The notes: generated from the sequence alone by a model not told the origin. A stretch of 64,000 nucleotides of DNA from Microbacteriaceae bacterium (GCA_027487865.1 JAIYCT010000002.1:91038-155037); one strand, 5' to 3'. Shown: positions 8,683-18,976, numbered from the stretch's first letter. Numbers and translations are program-made.

Positions 8683-9143
8683 ACCTAGAACAACTTGGGC
8701 TACTGGGCATCTTTCTGGCAGGGGCAACTCCATGGTTAGAAGCGATTGCCGTTGTGCCAGCAGGAATCATTTTTGGACTTGATCCGGTGCTTACGGTGAT
8801 AGCAGCTGCAACCGGTAACGCTATCACTATCTTCTTGTTTGCCTATGCCGGTTCAAGCATTCGCAGCTGGATCATTCGTCGACGTGAGGCCAGGGGTAAA
8901 ACTGGTGAGTCCCCGAAGTTTCAGAAGGCTGTTGCAGCATTTGATAAGTACGGCATCTACGGAATGGCAGCGTTAGGACCAGTTCTCATCGGCACTCAGT
9001 TTGCAGCAGCAGCTTCTGTTGCAGCCGGAGTAAAGCCGCTCAAGACATCGCTGCTGATTACCGCCAGCATGGTGCTGTGGGGCACAGGAATTGCTCTGCT
9101 GATGGTTTTCTCTGGACTAAACCTAGAGAACCTGCAGAGCTAA
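8679..9143 (+). CDS. small membrane protein, small multidrug-export-like
   Basis: 154 aa with 4 predicted helices. The ATPWLEAIAVVPAGIIFGLDP segment resembles the small multi-drug export family. The assignment is tentative. Confidence 0.5.
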   Translation: MNLEQLGLLGIFLAGATPWLEAIAVVPAGIIFGLDPVLTVIAAATGNAITIFLFAYAGSSIRSWIIRRREARGKTGESPKFQKAVAAFDKYGIYGMAALGPVLIGTQFAAAASVAAGVKPLKTSLLITASMVLWGTGIALLMVFSGLNLENLQS

Positions 9144-9147
9144 TTGC

Positions 9148-10458
9148 TTATGGCTGAAGCCTGTTAGGTCCGCGGAATAGGAAGCTAGCCTCACGGATGT
9201 TTGGTAGGTCTAGTAGCAACATCACAACGCGGGTTAGACCCATACCGAATCCACCGTGGCTAGGTGCTCCGTAGCGGAAGAAGTCCAGGTAGAAGTTCAA
9301 GCTTTCAAGCTCGAGACCCTTGTCCAAAACCTGCTTCTCCAAGACCTCAATGCGGTGCTCTCGCTGCGCACCGGTGGTGATTTCGGTACCCTTCCAAATC
9401 AGGTCGTAGCTGTTGGTCAGGTTCTCATTGTCCGCATGACGCATGTGGTAGAACGGGCGGATGTTCTTTGGGTAGTCGGTTAGAAACACGAATTCGTGAC
9501 CTGAAGTCTCCATTACGTGCTGGTGAATCTGACGCTCACCCTCTGGATCTAGGTCGCCATCCATGCGAGGCACCTTGTAGCCGCGAGCCTCAACAATCTT
9601 GTGTGCCTCAGCTAGCGGGATGCGTGGGAATGGGGTGGCAGGAATCTGAATATCGATGCCGTAGAGCCTTTGAATCTCTTCACCGTACTTCGCCTTCACC
9701 GCGGTGATGGCACGAACCAAGAGCTGCTCCTGGAACTGCATGATGTCTTCGTGAGACTCGATCCAGCTCATCTCCATGTCAACAGAGACGAACTCGGTTG
9801 CGTGTCGGGAGGTGAAAGATGGGTCGGCACGGAACACCGGCCCAATCTCGAAGACCTTGCCAAGACCTGCGCTCATCGCCATCTGCTTGTAGAACTGAGG
9901 TGACTGGGCAAGGTAGGCGTGGGTTTCGAAGTACTCAAGCTTGAATAGCTCGGCATGTGACTCAGAAGGCGAAGCCATTAGCTTCGGGGAGTGAATCTCG
10001 ATGAAGTCGTTCTCCAACCAAACCTCGCGCCAAGTCTTCTCGATCTCGGTCTGCACGCGCATCATTAGGTTGATTTCTGGGCGACGCATGTCAATGAAGC
10101 GCCAGTCCAGTCTCTTGTCGATTGAAGTGTCATCGGCAATTGGGCTGTCTGGGTTTGCTAGCGAAACAATCTTCATGCCGGTCAGCAAAATCTCGATGCC
10201 GCCAAGCTTTACGCGCTCGTCGTGCTTGAGGTTTCCAGTGATCTCAACAAAGGAGCCATTGGAAAGGCTTGAGACCTGGTCAGCCAGTGCATCCTCGTCG
10301 GCTGGACGAGGGTAGGTGACCTGTACGCTGCCGGACTCATCGCGAATGATGATGAACTGAATGCGCTTTTGATCGCGCAGGGTTTCCACCCAACCACCAA
10401 TGGTTACAGGGCCATCTGCTTGCGAAGCAAGAGAAGAGATGGTGTGGCGATTAAGCAT
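9148..10458 (-). CDS. aspS: aspartate--tRNA ligase, archaeal/eukaryal type (class IIb, type 2)
   Basis: 436 aa with an OB-fold N-terminus, motif 2 (FRADPSFTSRHATEFVSVDMEMSW), motif 3 (GGFGMGLTRVVMLLL) and a C-terminal NIREASFLFRGPNRLQP, typical of short AspRS rather than the roughly 590-aa bacterial type. Confidence 0.8.
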   Translation of the reverse strand: MLNRHTISSLASQADGPVTIGGWVETLRDQKRIQFIIIRDESGSVQVTYPRPADEDALADQVSSLSNGSFVEITGNLKHDERVKLGGIEILLTGMKIVSLANPDSPIADDTSIDKRLDWRFIDMRRPEINLMMRVQTEIEKTWREVWLENDFIEIHSPKLMASPSESHAELFKLEYFETHAYLAQSPQFYKQMAMSAGLGKVFEIGPVFRADPSFTSRHATEFVSVDMEMSWIESHEDIMQFQEQLLVRAITAVKAKYGEEIQRLYGIDIQIPATPFPRIPLAEAHKIVEARGYKVPRMDGDLDPEGERQIHQHVMETSGHEFVFLTDYPKNIRPFYHMRHADNENLTNSYDLIWKGTEITTGAQREHRIEVLEKQVLDKGLELESLNFYLDFFRYGAPSHGGFGMGLTRVVMLLLDLPNIREASFLFRGPNRLQP

Positions 10459-10526
10459 GGGATTACCTCGTTGGGGGTAGGCGTCTAGTTATGTATTGTC
10501 AAGTTTAGCGAAGGTAGACTTAAGCC

Positions 10527-11180
10527 ATGCCTGCCAACCGTCTTCACTTCGTTCGCCACGGGGAAGTATTCAACCCCAAAGGCGTACTTTATGAGCGAAT
10601 CCCAGGCTTTCAACTAAGCGATTTGGGTCACCAAATGGCAGAGGCTGCTGCCAAGCAGCTGGCTTCTGAAAATCGAGAAATCGTAAAACTTTTGGCATCA
10701 CCTTTGCAGCGCACCCAAGAGTCCGCAGCTCCAGTTTCCAAAGAATTTGGCCTTGAGATTGAGCACGAGCACAGGGTTATCGAACCCTGGAACAAATTTG
10801 CCGGCTACAAAATGGGTGGGCGGGCGGTTTTGAAGAAGCCTTCGCTGGCACTGCACCTATATAACCCACAAAAGCCAAGCTGGGGCGAGCCCTACAAAGA
10901 GATCGCCACTCGCATGACCGATGCAGCGCTCTCGGCCTGGGACAGTGTGGATTCCGGCGATGTGGTCGTAGTTTCACACCAACTTCCCATCTGGATGCTT
11001 TATCGTTCCAGCCAGGGTTTGGCTTTGCCGCACGATCCTAGAAACCGCAGGTGTTCACTTTCATCGATCACCTCATTCGAGGTAGTTGATGGCAAGTTGG
11101 TGGAAGTTGACTACCGAGAGCCTGGTTTAGAACTTGCAGCAAGACTCAGCGAAGCAGCGAAAGATGGAGGTGCGGTGTGA
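10527..11180 (+). CDS. histidine phosphatase (phosphoglycerate mutase) family protein
   Basis: 217 aa with the RHGE catalytic motif (LHFVRHGEVFNP). Its position upstream of the ccs genes matches the mycobacterial arrangement. Confidence 0.8.
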   Translation: MPANRLHFVRHGEVFNPKGVLYERIPGFQLSDLGHQMAEAAAKQLASENREIVKLLASPLQRTQESAAPVSKEFGLEIEHEHRVIEPWNKFAGYKMGGRAVLKKPSLALHLYNPQKPSWGEPYKEIATRMTDAALSAWDSVDSGDVVVVSHQLPIWMLYRSSQGLALPHDPRNRRCSLSSITSFEVVDGKLVEVDYREPGLELAARLSEAAKDGGAV

Positions 11181-11782
11181 AGAAAGAAACTCAAAGAACA
11201 ATCGCTCTCACCCTGGTCATCTTTATCGTCGGGACCATTGCACTGAGCTTGGTCGGCTGCACTTCTGACCCACTGGCTGACCAATTTCGCTCCGGGGACT
11301 CCAAGAACTACATCGCAGGAGATGGCACCGTTACCGAGTTTGACTCGGCTGAAAGGCCAACCTTCCTGCCCTTCACCGGCGAGACCGAGTCTGGACAGAT
11401 GCTTGACTCCAAGGCCCTAGAGGGCCAGGTCGTGGTTATGAACTGGTGGTATTCAGCCTGTGCTCCTTGTCGGGCGGAAGCTCCGGATCTGCAGGCGCTA
11501 TTTGAAGAGTTCCAGGACCAAGGTGTGCAGTTTGTTGGCGTGAATGTTCGCGATACGGCAGAAACCGCATTGGCTTTTGATCGCAAGTTTGACATCGGTT
11601 TTCCCTCAATCATTGACGCTCAGTCCGGTGCCGTCTCCCTGGCTTTTCAGGGAGTCGTAAGTCCGCAGGCAGTGCCAACAACTTTGGTGATCGACAAGCA
11701 GGGCAAGGTTGCCTCCAGGATTCTGGGTCGAATCGATCCATCGATTCTCAAGACACTGATTGAGACCGTGGTAGCCGAGTGA
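11177..11782 (+). CDS. TlpA/ResA-family thiol-disulfide oxidoreductase lipoprotein (cytochrome c maturation)
   Basis: 201 aa with a lipobox (LSLVGC) and a thioredoxin CxxC motif (WWYSACAPCRAEAP). Confidence 0.85.
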   Translation: MKKETQRTIALTLVIFIVGTIALSLVGCTSDPLADQFRSGDSKNYIAGDGTVTEFDSAERPTFLPFTGETESGQMLDSKALEGQVVVMNWWYSACAPCRAEAPDLQALFEEFQDQGVQFVGVNVRDTAETALAFDRKFDIGFPSIIDAQSGAVSLAFQGVVSPQAVPTTLVIDKQGKVASRILGRIDPSILKTLIETVVAE

Positions 11783-12501
11783 ACCCAGCAGATGTAATCC
11801 TCAACGGATCACTTTTGGCAGCCATGCCGATTGCGCTGCTGGCTGGTTTGGTCACCTTCCTATCTCCTTGCGTTTTACCGTTAGTTCCGGGTTACCTCGG
11901 ATACGTATCGGGTGCTGCACAAAGCAAGACCAAGCTGGTTCTAGGCGGGGTGCTATTCGTCCTTGGCTTCACGGCGGTCTTCGTCTCGCTGGGAGTGCTT
12001 GCAGGGTCAGCGGGACTTTTGTTTTTTGCAAACAGTTTCTGGGTTCAATTTCTGCTCGGTTTGCTGGTCGTAGTTTTTGGTCTAGCGATGATTGGACAGT
12101 TTGATTTTCTTCAGCGCAGCATCAAGATTCCATTTAGCCCAAAGGTTGGTCTGGCTGGAGCTCCTTTATTGGGTGTGGTTTTTGCCGTTGGCTGGACCCC
12201 TTGTATTGGCCCCACTCTGGCTGCGGTTTTGACTCTTGCTTCAACCACTGGTGATCCGGTTAGAGGTGGCATTCTCGCAACCGTCTATTCGCTAGGTATC
12301 GGCATTCCCTTTGTTCTGATTGCGCTTGGTATGCGCTGGGCAGTATCGAGCGTGGCATTTGTAAAAAAGCACCTCAGAGCCTTCAACCTCTTTGGCGGCG
12401 GCCTATTGATTTTGATTGGACTGTTACTCATGACCGGCCTCTGGGGCCAGTTCCTGACTTGGATGCAGGGGGTGCAAAGTGGCTTCGAACTTATTCTCTA
12501 G
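11779..12501 (+). CDS. ccdA: cytochrome c biogenesis protein CcdA
   Basis: 240 aa, 6 TM, with conserved Cys in LSPCVLPLVPGY and GWTPCIGP. Confidence 0.85.
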   Translation: MNPADVILNGSLLAAMPIALLAGLVTFLSPCVLPLVPGYLGYVSGAAQSKTKLVLGGVLFVLGFTAVFVSLGVLAGSAGLLFFANSFWVQFLLGLLVVVFGLAMIGQFDFLQRSIKIPFSPKVGLAGAPLLGVVFAVGWTPCIGPTLAAVLTLASTTGDPVRGGILATVYSLGIGIPFVLIALGMRWAVSSVAFVKKHLRAFNLFGGGLLILIGLLLMTGLWGQFLTWMQGVQSGFELIL

Positions 12502-13978
12502 GTTGATCTTTTGGCCAAGGTGGTTCTGGCGTCAGCTCACCTCGATGCGCACGGCGCTATTCCTTTTGCTGCTGCTCGCCATTGCCGCAGTTCCTGGCTC
12601 GGTTTACCCGCAGCGCTCGGCTGACCCAAATGGCGTTCGCATCTTCTTTGACAACAACCCAGACATCGCTGAGGTTATGGATGATTTCCAGCTCTTTGAT
12701 GTCTACACCTCGGTCTGGTTCTCTTCGATCTACATCCTGTTGTTTGTTTCTCTAGTTGGTTGCGTTTTCCCAAGAACCAAGGTTCACTTTGAAGCGCTAA
12801 GAACCCAGCCGGTTCAGACTCCGCAGAACCTAAAGCGCATGCCGGTTTTCCAGAAGGCGCAAGGTCAGGCTGGCTATCTTGAGGCAGCGCTTGAGGTCCT
12901 AAAGTCAAAGCACTACAAAGTTGCAATGCACCAAGATTCTGTCTCTGCCGAGAAGGGCTACATCAAAGAAACTGGCAATCTTGTTTTCCACTTCTCGCTA
13001 ATTGGAGTTCTAATCGCGGTTGGTGTCGGCGGCGGTTTGAGTTTTAGTGGGCAAAGAGTTTTGGTGGTTGGCGATAGCTTCGTGAACAACCTGGCCAGCT
13101 ATGACTCATTCTCACCGGGTCCGTTTTTTGACGAAGCGCAACTTGAGCCCTTCAGCGTTCGACTTGATGATTTTCAGGTGCTGTATGACCTGCAGAACCC
13201 GAACAACCTAGGTCAACCAATCGACTTCATCGCAAGCGTCACCTCGGAGGGTAAGTCTTCTGAGGTGAGAGTCAACTACCCACTGGAAGCCCCAGGGGCG
13301 AGCATTTACCTAACCGGCAACGGCTTTGCTCCTGTGATCACGGTCTTTGACGGCGAGGGGAATGTGGCGTTTTCTGGACCGAGTGTGTTCTTGCCGCAGG
13401 ATTCGAATATGACCTCGCTCGGTGTAATCAAAGTTCCTGATGCACTTCCCAAGCAGGTCGGCATCATCGCCTTCTTCTACCCAACCGCCGAGCAGTTGGA
13501 ATCAGGGGCCTACACCTCGATTTATCCCGACCCAATCGATCCGCTTATGACCATGAATGTCTATTCCGGCGACTTAGGGCTTGATGAAGGAGTTCCTAAA
13601 AACGTCTTTGCGCTGGACACCGAAAACTTAGAGGTCGTGGCATCAAGAGATGGACCAAACGATCCGATTCAGCTTCGCATTGGCGAGACTGTCGAGCTAC
13701 CAAACCAATTGGGCAAGGTCAGATTCGATGGGCTACTGCGATTTGCCTCACTGGATGTTGCCTACAACCCCGGTGGTATTTGGGTATTGCTGTTTGCCCT
13801 GCTGGCACTTTTCTCAATGGGGCTCTCGCTAATGACCCCGCGTCGCCGAATTTGGGTGAGACGGAATAAAGATGGGACAATTGAGCTTGCTGCTCTGGCT
13901 CGCAGCGATGATCCAAGGCTAGAAGAGGTGTTGGTCGAAATCCGAACTGTAATTGAATCCAAGGTTGGAAGTAAATGA
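12479..13978 (+). CDS. resB: cytochrome c biogenesis protein ResB/Ccs1
   Basis: 499 aa with the N-terminal LTSMRTALFLLLLLAIAAVPGS, a large extracytoplasmic domain and a C-terminal TM. The exact start is uncertain. Confidence 0.85.
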   Translation: MASNLFSRLIFWPRWFWRQLTSMRTALFLLLLLAIAAVPGSVYPQRSADPNGVRIFFDNNPDIAEVMDDFQLFDVYTSVWFSSIYILLFVSLVGCVFPRTKVHFEALRTQPVQTPQNLKRMPVFQKAQGQAGYLEAALEVLKSKHYKVAMHQDSVSAEKGYIKETGNLVFHFSLIGVLIAVGVGGGLSFSGQRVLVVGDSFVNNLASYDSFSPGPFFDEAQLEPFSVRLDDFQVLYDLQNPNNLGQPIDFIASVTSEGKSSEVRVNYPLEAPGASIYLTGNGFAPVITVFDGEGNVAFSGPSVFLPQDSNMTSLGVIKVPDALPKQVGIIAFFYPTAEQLESGAYTSIYPDPIDPLMTMNVYSGDLGLDEGVPKNVFALDTENLEVVASRDGPNDPIQLRIGETVELPNQLGKVRFDGLLRFASLDVAYNPGGIWVLLFALLALFSMGLSLMTPRRRIWVRRNKDGTIELAALARSDDPRLEEVLVEIRTVIESKVGSK

Positions 13979-14850
13979 CGATCGTTTTAAACGAGCCGCT
14001 ATCCCAGGTCTCGCTGCTGTTTGTCTCGGCTGCGATGGCGTTCATTGCGCTCGCGCTGGTGCTGTTCTCGCTTCAGCTATCAAAGCTTTTGGGTCAGACC
14101 CCAGAGGAGCGCGCCAAGCTCTCCAACATTGAAAAGATCGGCTTCATCGTTACCGCCGTCGGCACCGTGGTTCTGGGAATCGGTGTTGTGCTGCGAGGTG
14201 TTGCAGCGGGTCGTGTGCCATGGGCCAACATGTATGAGTTCTCGATCTCATCCGCGCTGCTGATCTTGTTGGTTTACCTGACTTCTTTGAAGATCAAAGA
14301 CGTTCGCTTTATCGCAACTTTTGTCACCGGTTTTGTGCTGGTGACTTTGTTTGCTGCGGTTTCGCTCTTCTACGTTGAGGTCAAGACTTTGATGCCGGCA
14401 CTGCAGAGCTACTGGTTGGTAATCCACGTCGTGGTTGCCATCCTGGCAACCTCGTTCTTTGCAATTGCCGCAGGTCTCCACATTGCATACCTGGTGAAAT
14501 CCAGCAACTTCGCAAAGCGCCTGATGGAGCTTTTCCCAGCGCTTGAGCAGCTAGAGAGATTGGCATATCGCTTCAACGTGGTGGGCTTTGTGCTCTGGAG
14601 CTTTACCTTGATTGCCGGTGCTATCTGGGCAGAGCGAGCCTGGCACCGCTACTGGGGTTGGGACACCAAAGAGGTTTGGACCTTCATCATCTGGACCCTT
14701 TACGCCGGATACCTACACGCCATGGCAACCAGAGGCTGGAACGGCAAGCGAGCAGCTTGGCTTGGCCTAGTTGCATTCCTTGCGATCATCTTCAACTTCA
14801 CTATCGTGAACCAGTTCTTCAAGGGACTGCACGTTTACTCAGGACTCTAG
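13975..14850 (+). CDS. ccsB: c-type cytochrome biogenesis protein CcsB (CcsA family heme exporter)
   Basis: 291-aa polytopic protein with a Trp-rich heme-handling motif (RYWGWDTKEVWTFIIW). Confidence 0.9.
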   Translation: MTIVLNEPLSQVSLLFVSAAMAFIALALVLFSLQLSKLLGQTPEERAKLSNIEKIGFIVTAVGTVVLGIGVVLRGVAAGRVPWANMYEFSISSALLILLVYLTSLKIKDVRFIATFVTGFVLVTLFAAVSLFYVEVKTLMPALQSYWLVIHVVVAILATSFFAIAAGLHIAYLVKSSNFAKRLMELFPALEQLERLAYRFNVVGFVLWSFTLIAGAIWAERAWHRYWGWDTKEVWTFIIWTLYAGYLHAMATRGWNGKRAAWLGLVAFLAIIFNFTIVNQFFKGLHVYSGL

Positions 14851-15813
14851 AAGGTCAAAGCAACGCTCTAGTCGCTCGAGCCACCACTTGGTGCGCTCGG
14901 GGCTGGCCTGGTATTTCTGCAATAGCGCCGCATCCGGCTGAATCTCGCGCGGGGTGATTCTTCCGGCAACTGGCGTAAGCGGCTCGAGTGTGATGTCTGA
15001 CTCCATGAGGCTCAGGGTTCCAAGTCCGCAGTCGAAATCAAGCTCAGGCAGTGCTGCCGCGAGGTAAGCGCCCTGGGATAGCCCAATGCTGGTCTCAAGC
15101 GCTGAGCTAACCACAGCGCGCAAACCGGTTTGCCTGGCTATTTCCAAGCTGCGCTCAATGCCACCCAGTGGCTGCACCTTGAGCATCACAATGTCCGCTG
15201 CTTGCCTTTCGGCAACCTCGATCGGGTCACTTGCCTTGCGGATTGATTCGTCGGCTGCGATCAGAACCTTCAGACCCAAGTGTTTGATGGTGGTTCTAAG
15301 TTCTACTAACCCGTCGATGCTGGCGCAGGGTTGCTCAAAGTAATCAAGTCGGTCAAGTGGGATTTGTGCCAAAAGTTCGAGCGCTTTTTCAGGGGAGAAG
15401 TTGCCGTTGGCATCCAGTCTGATCCTGACATCTGGATAGCTCGAGGTGACCTTCAGGACCCTGGCAATGTCATCGATTAGTGTTTGCCCGACTTCAGCAA
15501 CCTTGATCTTTACGGTTGAGAATTCACCAAATTTGCTTAGTACTTCTTCGACCTGATCTGGGCCCACCGCAGGCAATGTGGCATTGACGCCAACAGTGTC
15601 TCTGTGAAGTTTTGGTAGGTCTTGGTTTGCAAAGCTCAAGGCCGCGGCCAGCCAGGTGCTGGCTTCTTGGTCTGAGTATTCAATAAAGGGGGAGAACTCA
15701 GCCCAGCGCTTAGTTCCCTTGAAAATTAGTACCTCGCGGTGGCTGAGGCCGCGGAATTTGGTCAGCATTGGGATGCTCACAACGCTGATTTGGGTTATTT
15801 TCTCCCCGTACAC
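14839..15813 (-). CDS. menC: o-succinylbenzoate synthase
   Basis: 324 aa of the enolase superfamily (IRLDANG, MLKVQPLGG). It lies in the men gene context and overlaps ccsB by 12 nt (convergent). Confidence 0.85.
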   Translation of the reverse strand: MYGEKITQISVVSIPMLTKFRGLSHREVLIFKGTKRWAEFSPFIEYSDQEASTWLAAALSFANQDLPKLHRDTVGVNATLPAVGPDQVEEVLSKFGEFSTVKIKVAEVGQTLIDDIARVLKVTSSYPDVRIRLDANGNFSPEKALELLAQIPLDRLDYFEQPCASIDGLVELRTTIKHLGLKVLIAADESIRKASDPIEVAERQAADIVMLKVQPLGGIERSLEIARQTGLRAVVSSALETSIGLSQGAYLAAALPELDFDCGLGTLSLMESDITLEPLTPVAGRITPREIQPDAALLQKYQASPERTKWWLERLERCFDLLES

Positions 15814-15830
15814 CCGATTAGTCTAATTGC

Positions 15831-16715
15831 ATGGCAAATTCGATTTCCGAGACCTTTGATCAGAACCTTTGGCATTCCGTTGCCGGTTTTGAGGAGCTGA
15901 CCGACGTCAGCTACCACCGTCACAACACCCTCGGGGTGGTTCGAATCGGCTTTTCGCGCCCAGAAGTTAGAAATGCTTTTAGACCACAGACCGTAGACGA
16001 GCTCTACCAAACCCTTGAGCACGCTAGGGCTTCCAGCGATGTTGGCGTTGTGCTTCTAACCGGCAATGGACCTTCTCCAAAGGATGGCGTCTGGTCGTTT
16101 TGCTCCGGCGGAGACCAAAGAGTTCGAGGCGACAGCGGTTACGAGTACGGACCTGGAACTGCCGGTCGATTGCACATCCTTGAGGTGCAGCGCTTGATTC
16201 GTTTTATGCCAAAGGTGGTTATCGCTTTGGTTTCTGGTTGGGCAGCAGGCGGCGGTCACTCGCTCAATGTTGTTTGCGATTTATCGATTGCATCTCGTCA
16301 GCACGCTCGCTTCAAGCAGACCGATGCCGATGTCGGCTCATTCGATGCCGGTTACGGCAGTGCCTACCTAGCCCGTCAAACCGGGCAAAAGTTTGCTCGT
16401 GAGATCTTCTTCCTAGGTCGCGAATACGACGCTCAGCGTGCCTATGAAATGGGTGTTGTGAACGCGGTTGCCGATCACGACAAGTTAGAGAGCACCGCAT
16501 TGGAGTGGGCCGAAGACATTTTGGCTAAGTCACCAACCGCCATTCGAATGCTGAAGTATGCCTTCAACGCGGTTGATGATGGCCTGGTTGGACAGCAGCT
16601 TTTTGCAGGCGAGGCAACTCGTTTGGCCTACGGCACCAAAGAGGCGGCCGAGGGCAAGAATGCATTCTTGGAGAAGCGAAAGCCAGACTGGTCTGACACC
16701 CCCTGGCACTACTAA
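15831..16715 (+). CDS. menB: 1,4-dihydroxy-2-naphthoyl-CoA synthase
   Basis: 294 aa with a crotonase fold, including AFCSGGDQ-like FCSGGDQRVRG and the C-terminal EGKNAFLEKRKPDW. Confidence 0.95.
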   Translation: MANSISETFDQNLWHSVAGFEELTDVSYHRHNTLGVVRIGFSRPEVRNAFRPQTVDELYQTLEHARASSDVGVVLLTGNGPSPKDGVWSFCSGGDQRVRGDSGYEYGPGTAGRLHILEVQRLIRFMPKVVIALVSGWAAGGGHSLNVVCDLSIASRQHARFKQTDADVGSFDAGYGSAYLARQTGQKFAREIFFLGREYDAQRAYEMGVVNAVADHDKLESTALEWAEDILAKSPTAIRMLKYAFNAVDDGLVGQQLFAGEATRLAYGTKEAAEGKNAFLEKRKPDWSDTPWHY

Positions 16716-17794
16716 TGAAACCGCTTCGCCTGATTCCTGCCAACGACACCTTTCGTGCGCTTGCTAGCTGCGTCGAATTGCTGGACGGCAAGATCGCGCT
16801 TTTCATAACCGACCCCGAGCTAAACGGACTGATGCCTGAGGTCAACGGTTTGCCAAACGAAGTCGCAAGTGATGTTGCGCTAATTGTTGAGAGCTCTGGT
16901 TCCACCGGAACTCCTAAGCGCATCGAACTCTCTGAGGCTGCCCTTCGGGCATCGGCCCAGGCTTCTGCAGAGAGACTAGGAGGTGGGGGTCAATGGCTAT
17001 TGGCACTACCAACCAAGTTCATCGCCGGTATAAACGTGCTTATTCGCTCGGTTATTGCCGACACCCAACCGGTGATCATGAATGCCCAATTGCCATTTAC
17101 TGCGGATGCATTTTTCAGGGCGGCATCTTTGATGACTGAGTCCAAGCGATTTACCTCTTTGGTTCCAGCTCAGCTTGCAAGACTGCTGGATGCAGTCAAG
17201 ACCGACTCCTATTCGCTTTCGCTACTTCGTCGCTTTGATGCGATTTTGGTTGGCGGCCAAATGCCAGATGAATCGGTCGTGGAAGAGCTGCGGGCGTTGG
17301 GCGTAAACATCGTCATCTCCTACGGCATGAGCGAGACTGCCGGCGGCTGCGTCTATGACTCAGTCCCGCTTGCCGGGGTTGCGGTAAACATTCGCGAGGG
17401 TCGAATTGCCATCTCAGGTGCTGTATTGGCAAATGGATTGCAAAAGGAGTTTCTAACCAGCGACCTAGGCGAGATTCGTGACGGCAAGCTCTATGTCACC
17501 GGCCGTGCCGACCGAGTAATCATCTCCGGAGGTCACAAGGTATCGCTTGAGGCTATCGAGGCAAAAGCGCTGCATGTTTCCGGCGTCAAAGAGGTTGCAG
17601 CCGTAGCTATTGCCACCAGCTGGGGAGAATCTGTTGGCTTGGTCTATGTTGGTGAGCCAGAGGTCGACTTCGCAGTTCTAGAGCAACTTTCAGTGGCAGC
17701 CAAGCCACATCGAGTGCTGTTAGTTCCTGAGCTTCCAAGGCTGGTCAGCGGCAAAGCCGACCTTGTGGCAATCGCAAAGCTTTTGAGCGAATAG
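16715..17794 (+). CDS. menE: o-succinylbenzoate--CoA ligase
   Basis: 359 aa with an AMP-binding motif (SSGSTGTPKRIE) and YGMSET. Its ATG overlaps the menB stop (TAATG). Confidence 0.85.
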   Translation: MKPLRLIPANDTFRALASCVELLDGKIALFITDPELNGLMPEVNGLPNEVASDVALIVESSGSTGTPKRIELSEAALRASAQASAERLGGGGQWLLALPTKFIAGINVLIRSVIADTQPVIMNAQLPFTADAFFRAASLMTESKRFTSLVPAQLARLLDAVKTDSYSLSLLRRFDAILVGGQMPDESVVEELRALGVNIVISYGMSETAGGCVYDSVPLAGVAVNIREGRIAISGAVLANGLQKEFLTSDLGEIRDGKLYVTGRADRVIISGGHKVSLEAIEAKALHVSGVKEVAAVAIATSWGESVGLVYVGEPEVDFAVLEQLSVAAKPHRVLLVPELPRLVSGKADLVAIAKLLSE

Positions 17795-17797
17795 CAT

Positions 17798-18682
17798 TTG
17801 TGGGTTATGTCGATTAAAAACTGGATCACCGGAGCAAGGGTTAGAACCCTGCCGCTTGCCGTAGCACCAATCGTGCTTGGTTCTGCAAGCGCAGACCTGG
17901 TTGATCGTTTTGATCCGCTGCTTGCCCTATTGGCACTTCTAGTTGCTCTGCTGTTGCAGATCGGCGTGAACTACGCGAATGATTACTCAGACGGCATTCG
18001 CGGCACAGATGCCAATCGAGTTGGCCCACTTCGACTAACCGGTTCCGGATTGGTTCGTCCTCAGGCTGTGAAACTTGCAGCTGCAGTTACCTTTGGTTTG
18101 GCTGCGCTTGCTGGCCTAGCCATTGTTTTGCTTACCGGACAGTGGTGGCTGATTGCCGTTGGACTTCTCTGCATTGTTGCAGCCTGGTATTACACCGGGG
18201 GTAAGTCTCCCTATGGCTACGCGGGCCTTGGAGAAATAGCGGTATTTGTTTTCTTTGGCCTGATTGCCACCGTTGGAACTGCCTACATTCAAATCCTTGA
18301 GGTTGATCCGATGGCGATTTTGCTGGGTGTCAACTTTGGTTTTTATGCCACAGCCGTTTTGTTGGTGAACAACATTCGCGATGTTGAGACCGATCGTCTA
18401 AGCGGTAAGAACACCCTGTCGGTTCGTATTGGAGTGCGGGCATCAAAGGTGCTCTTTGCGCTTCTTTTGGTTTTGCCGGTGATCTTCAACCTGTTTTTGG
18501 CTGCGATCTACCCTGCGACCATTATTGGTCTTGCCAACCTGATGCTGGTTTTCCCAGCGTTGTTGGCAGGCGTGAAGGGCAAGGGTCCGAAGGACTACAT
18601 TTCGGCGCTGAAGCTAACTAGCTTTGCGGGCCTTGGCTTTGGGTTACTTGTCGGCCTCGGGCTTTTTGTTGTTTCGTTCTGA
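17798..18682 (+). CDS. menA: 1,4-dihydroxy-2-naphthoate polyprenyltransferase
   Basis: UbiA-family polytopic protein with NDYSDGIRGTD and NNIRDVETD motifs. The start may instead be ATG 17807. Confidence 0.9.
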   Translation: MWVMSIKNWITGARVRTLPLAVAPIVLGSASADLVDRFDPLLALLALLVALLLQIGVNYANDYSDGIRGTDANRVGPLRLTGSGLVRPQAVKLAAAVTFGLAALAGLAIVLLTGQWWLIAVGLLCIVAAWYYTGGKSPYGYAGLGEIAVFVFFGLIATVGTAYIQILEVDPMAILLGVNFGFYATAVLLVNNIRDVETDRLSGKNTLSVRIGVRASKVLFALLLVLPVIFNLFLAAIYPATIIGLANLMLVFPALLAGVKGKGPKDYISALKLTSFAGLGFGLLVGLGLFVVSF

Positions 18683-18937
18683 GTCCAGAGCGTCGTTTTC
18701 TAGATCACCCTCATCGTCCTGATAGCTGCCGCTTTCATCACGTGAGAGTTTCTTGGCAACAGAAGCACTCAGGGCATCGCGCTGCTTGTCTAAAAACATA
18801 AGTGAGAGCGCGAAGGAAATAGCTGCAGCGAAAACTGTTGAGAACAGTGGGCCGAAATTCAAAAGCATAAACACAGCGAAAATGCCGAAGAACATGCCCA
18901 ATCGGAGCAGGGTGTAGCCAAGCCAAGGGTTCTTCAC
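18644..18937 (-). CDS. DUF4229 small membrane protein
   Basis: 97 aa with two N-terminal helices (YTLLRLGMFFGIFAVFMLL...) and an acidic tail. It overlaps the menA 3' end by 39 nt. Confidence 0.7.
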   Translation of the reverse strand: MKNPWLGYTLLRLGMFFGIFAVFMLLNFGPLFSTVFAAAISFALSLMFLDKQRDALSASVAKKLSRDESGSYQDDEGDLENDALDSERNNKKPEADK

Positions 18938-18976
18938 GGTTACAAGTCTAGGCGAGTCTGAATTAGGGTTGATGGT

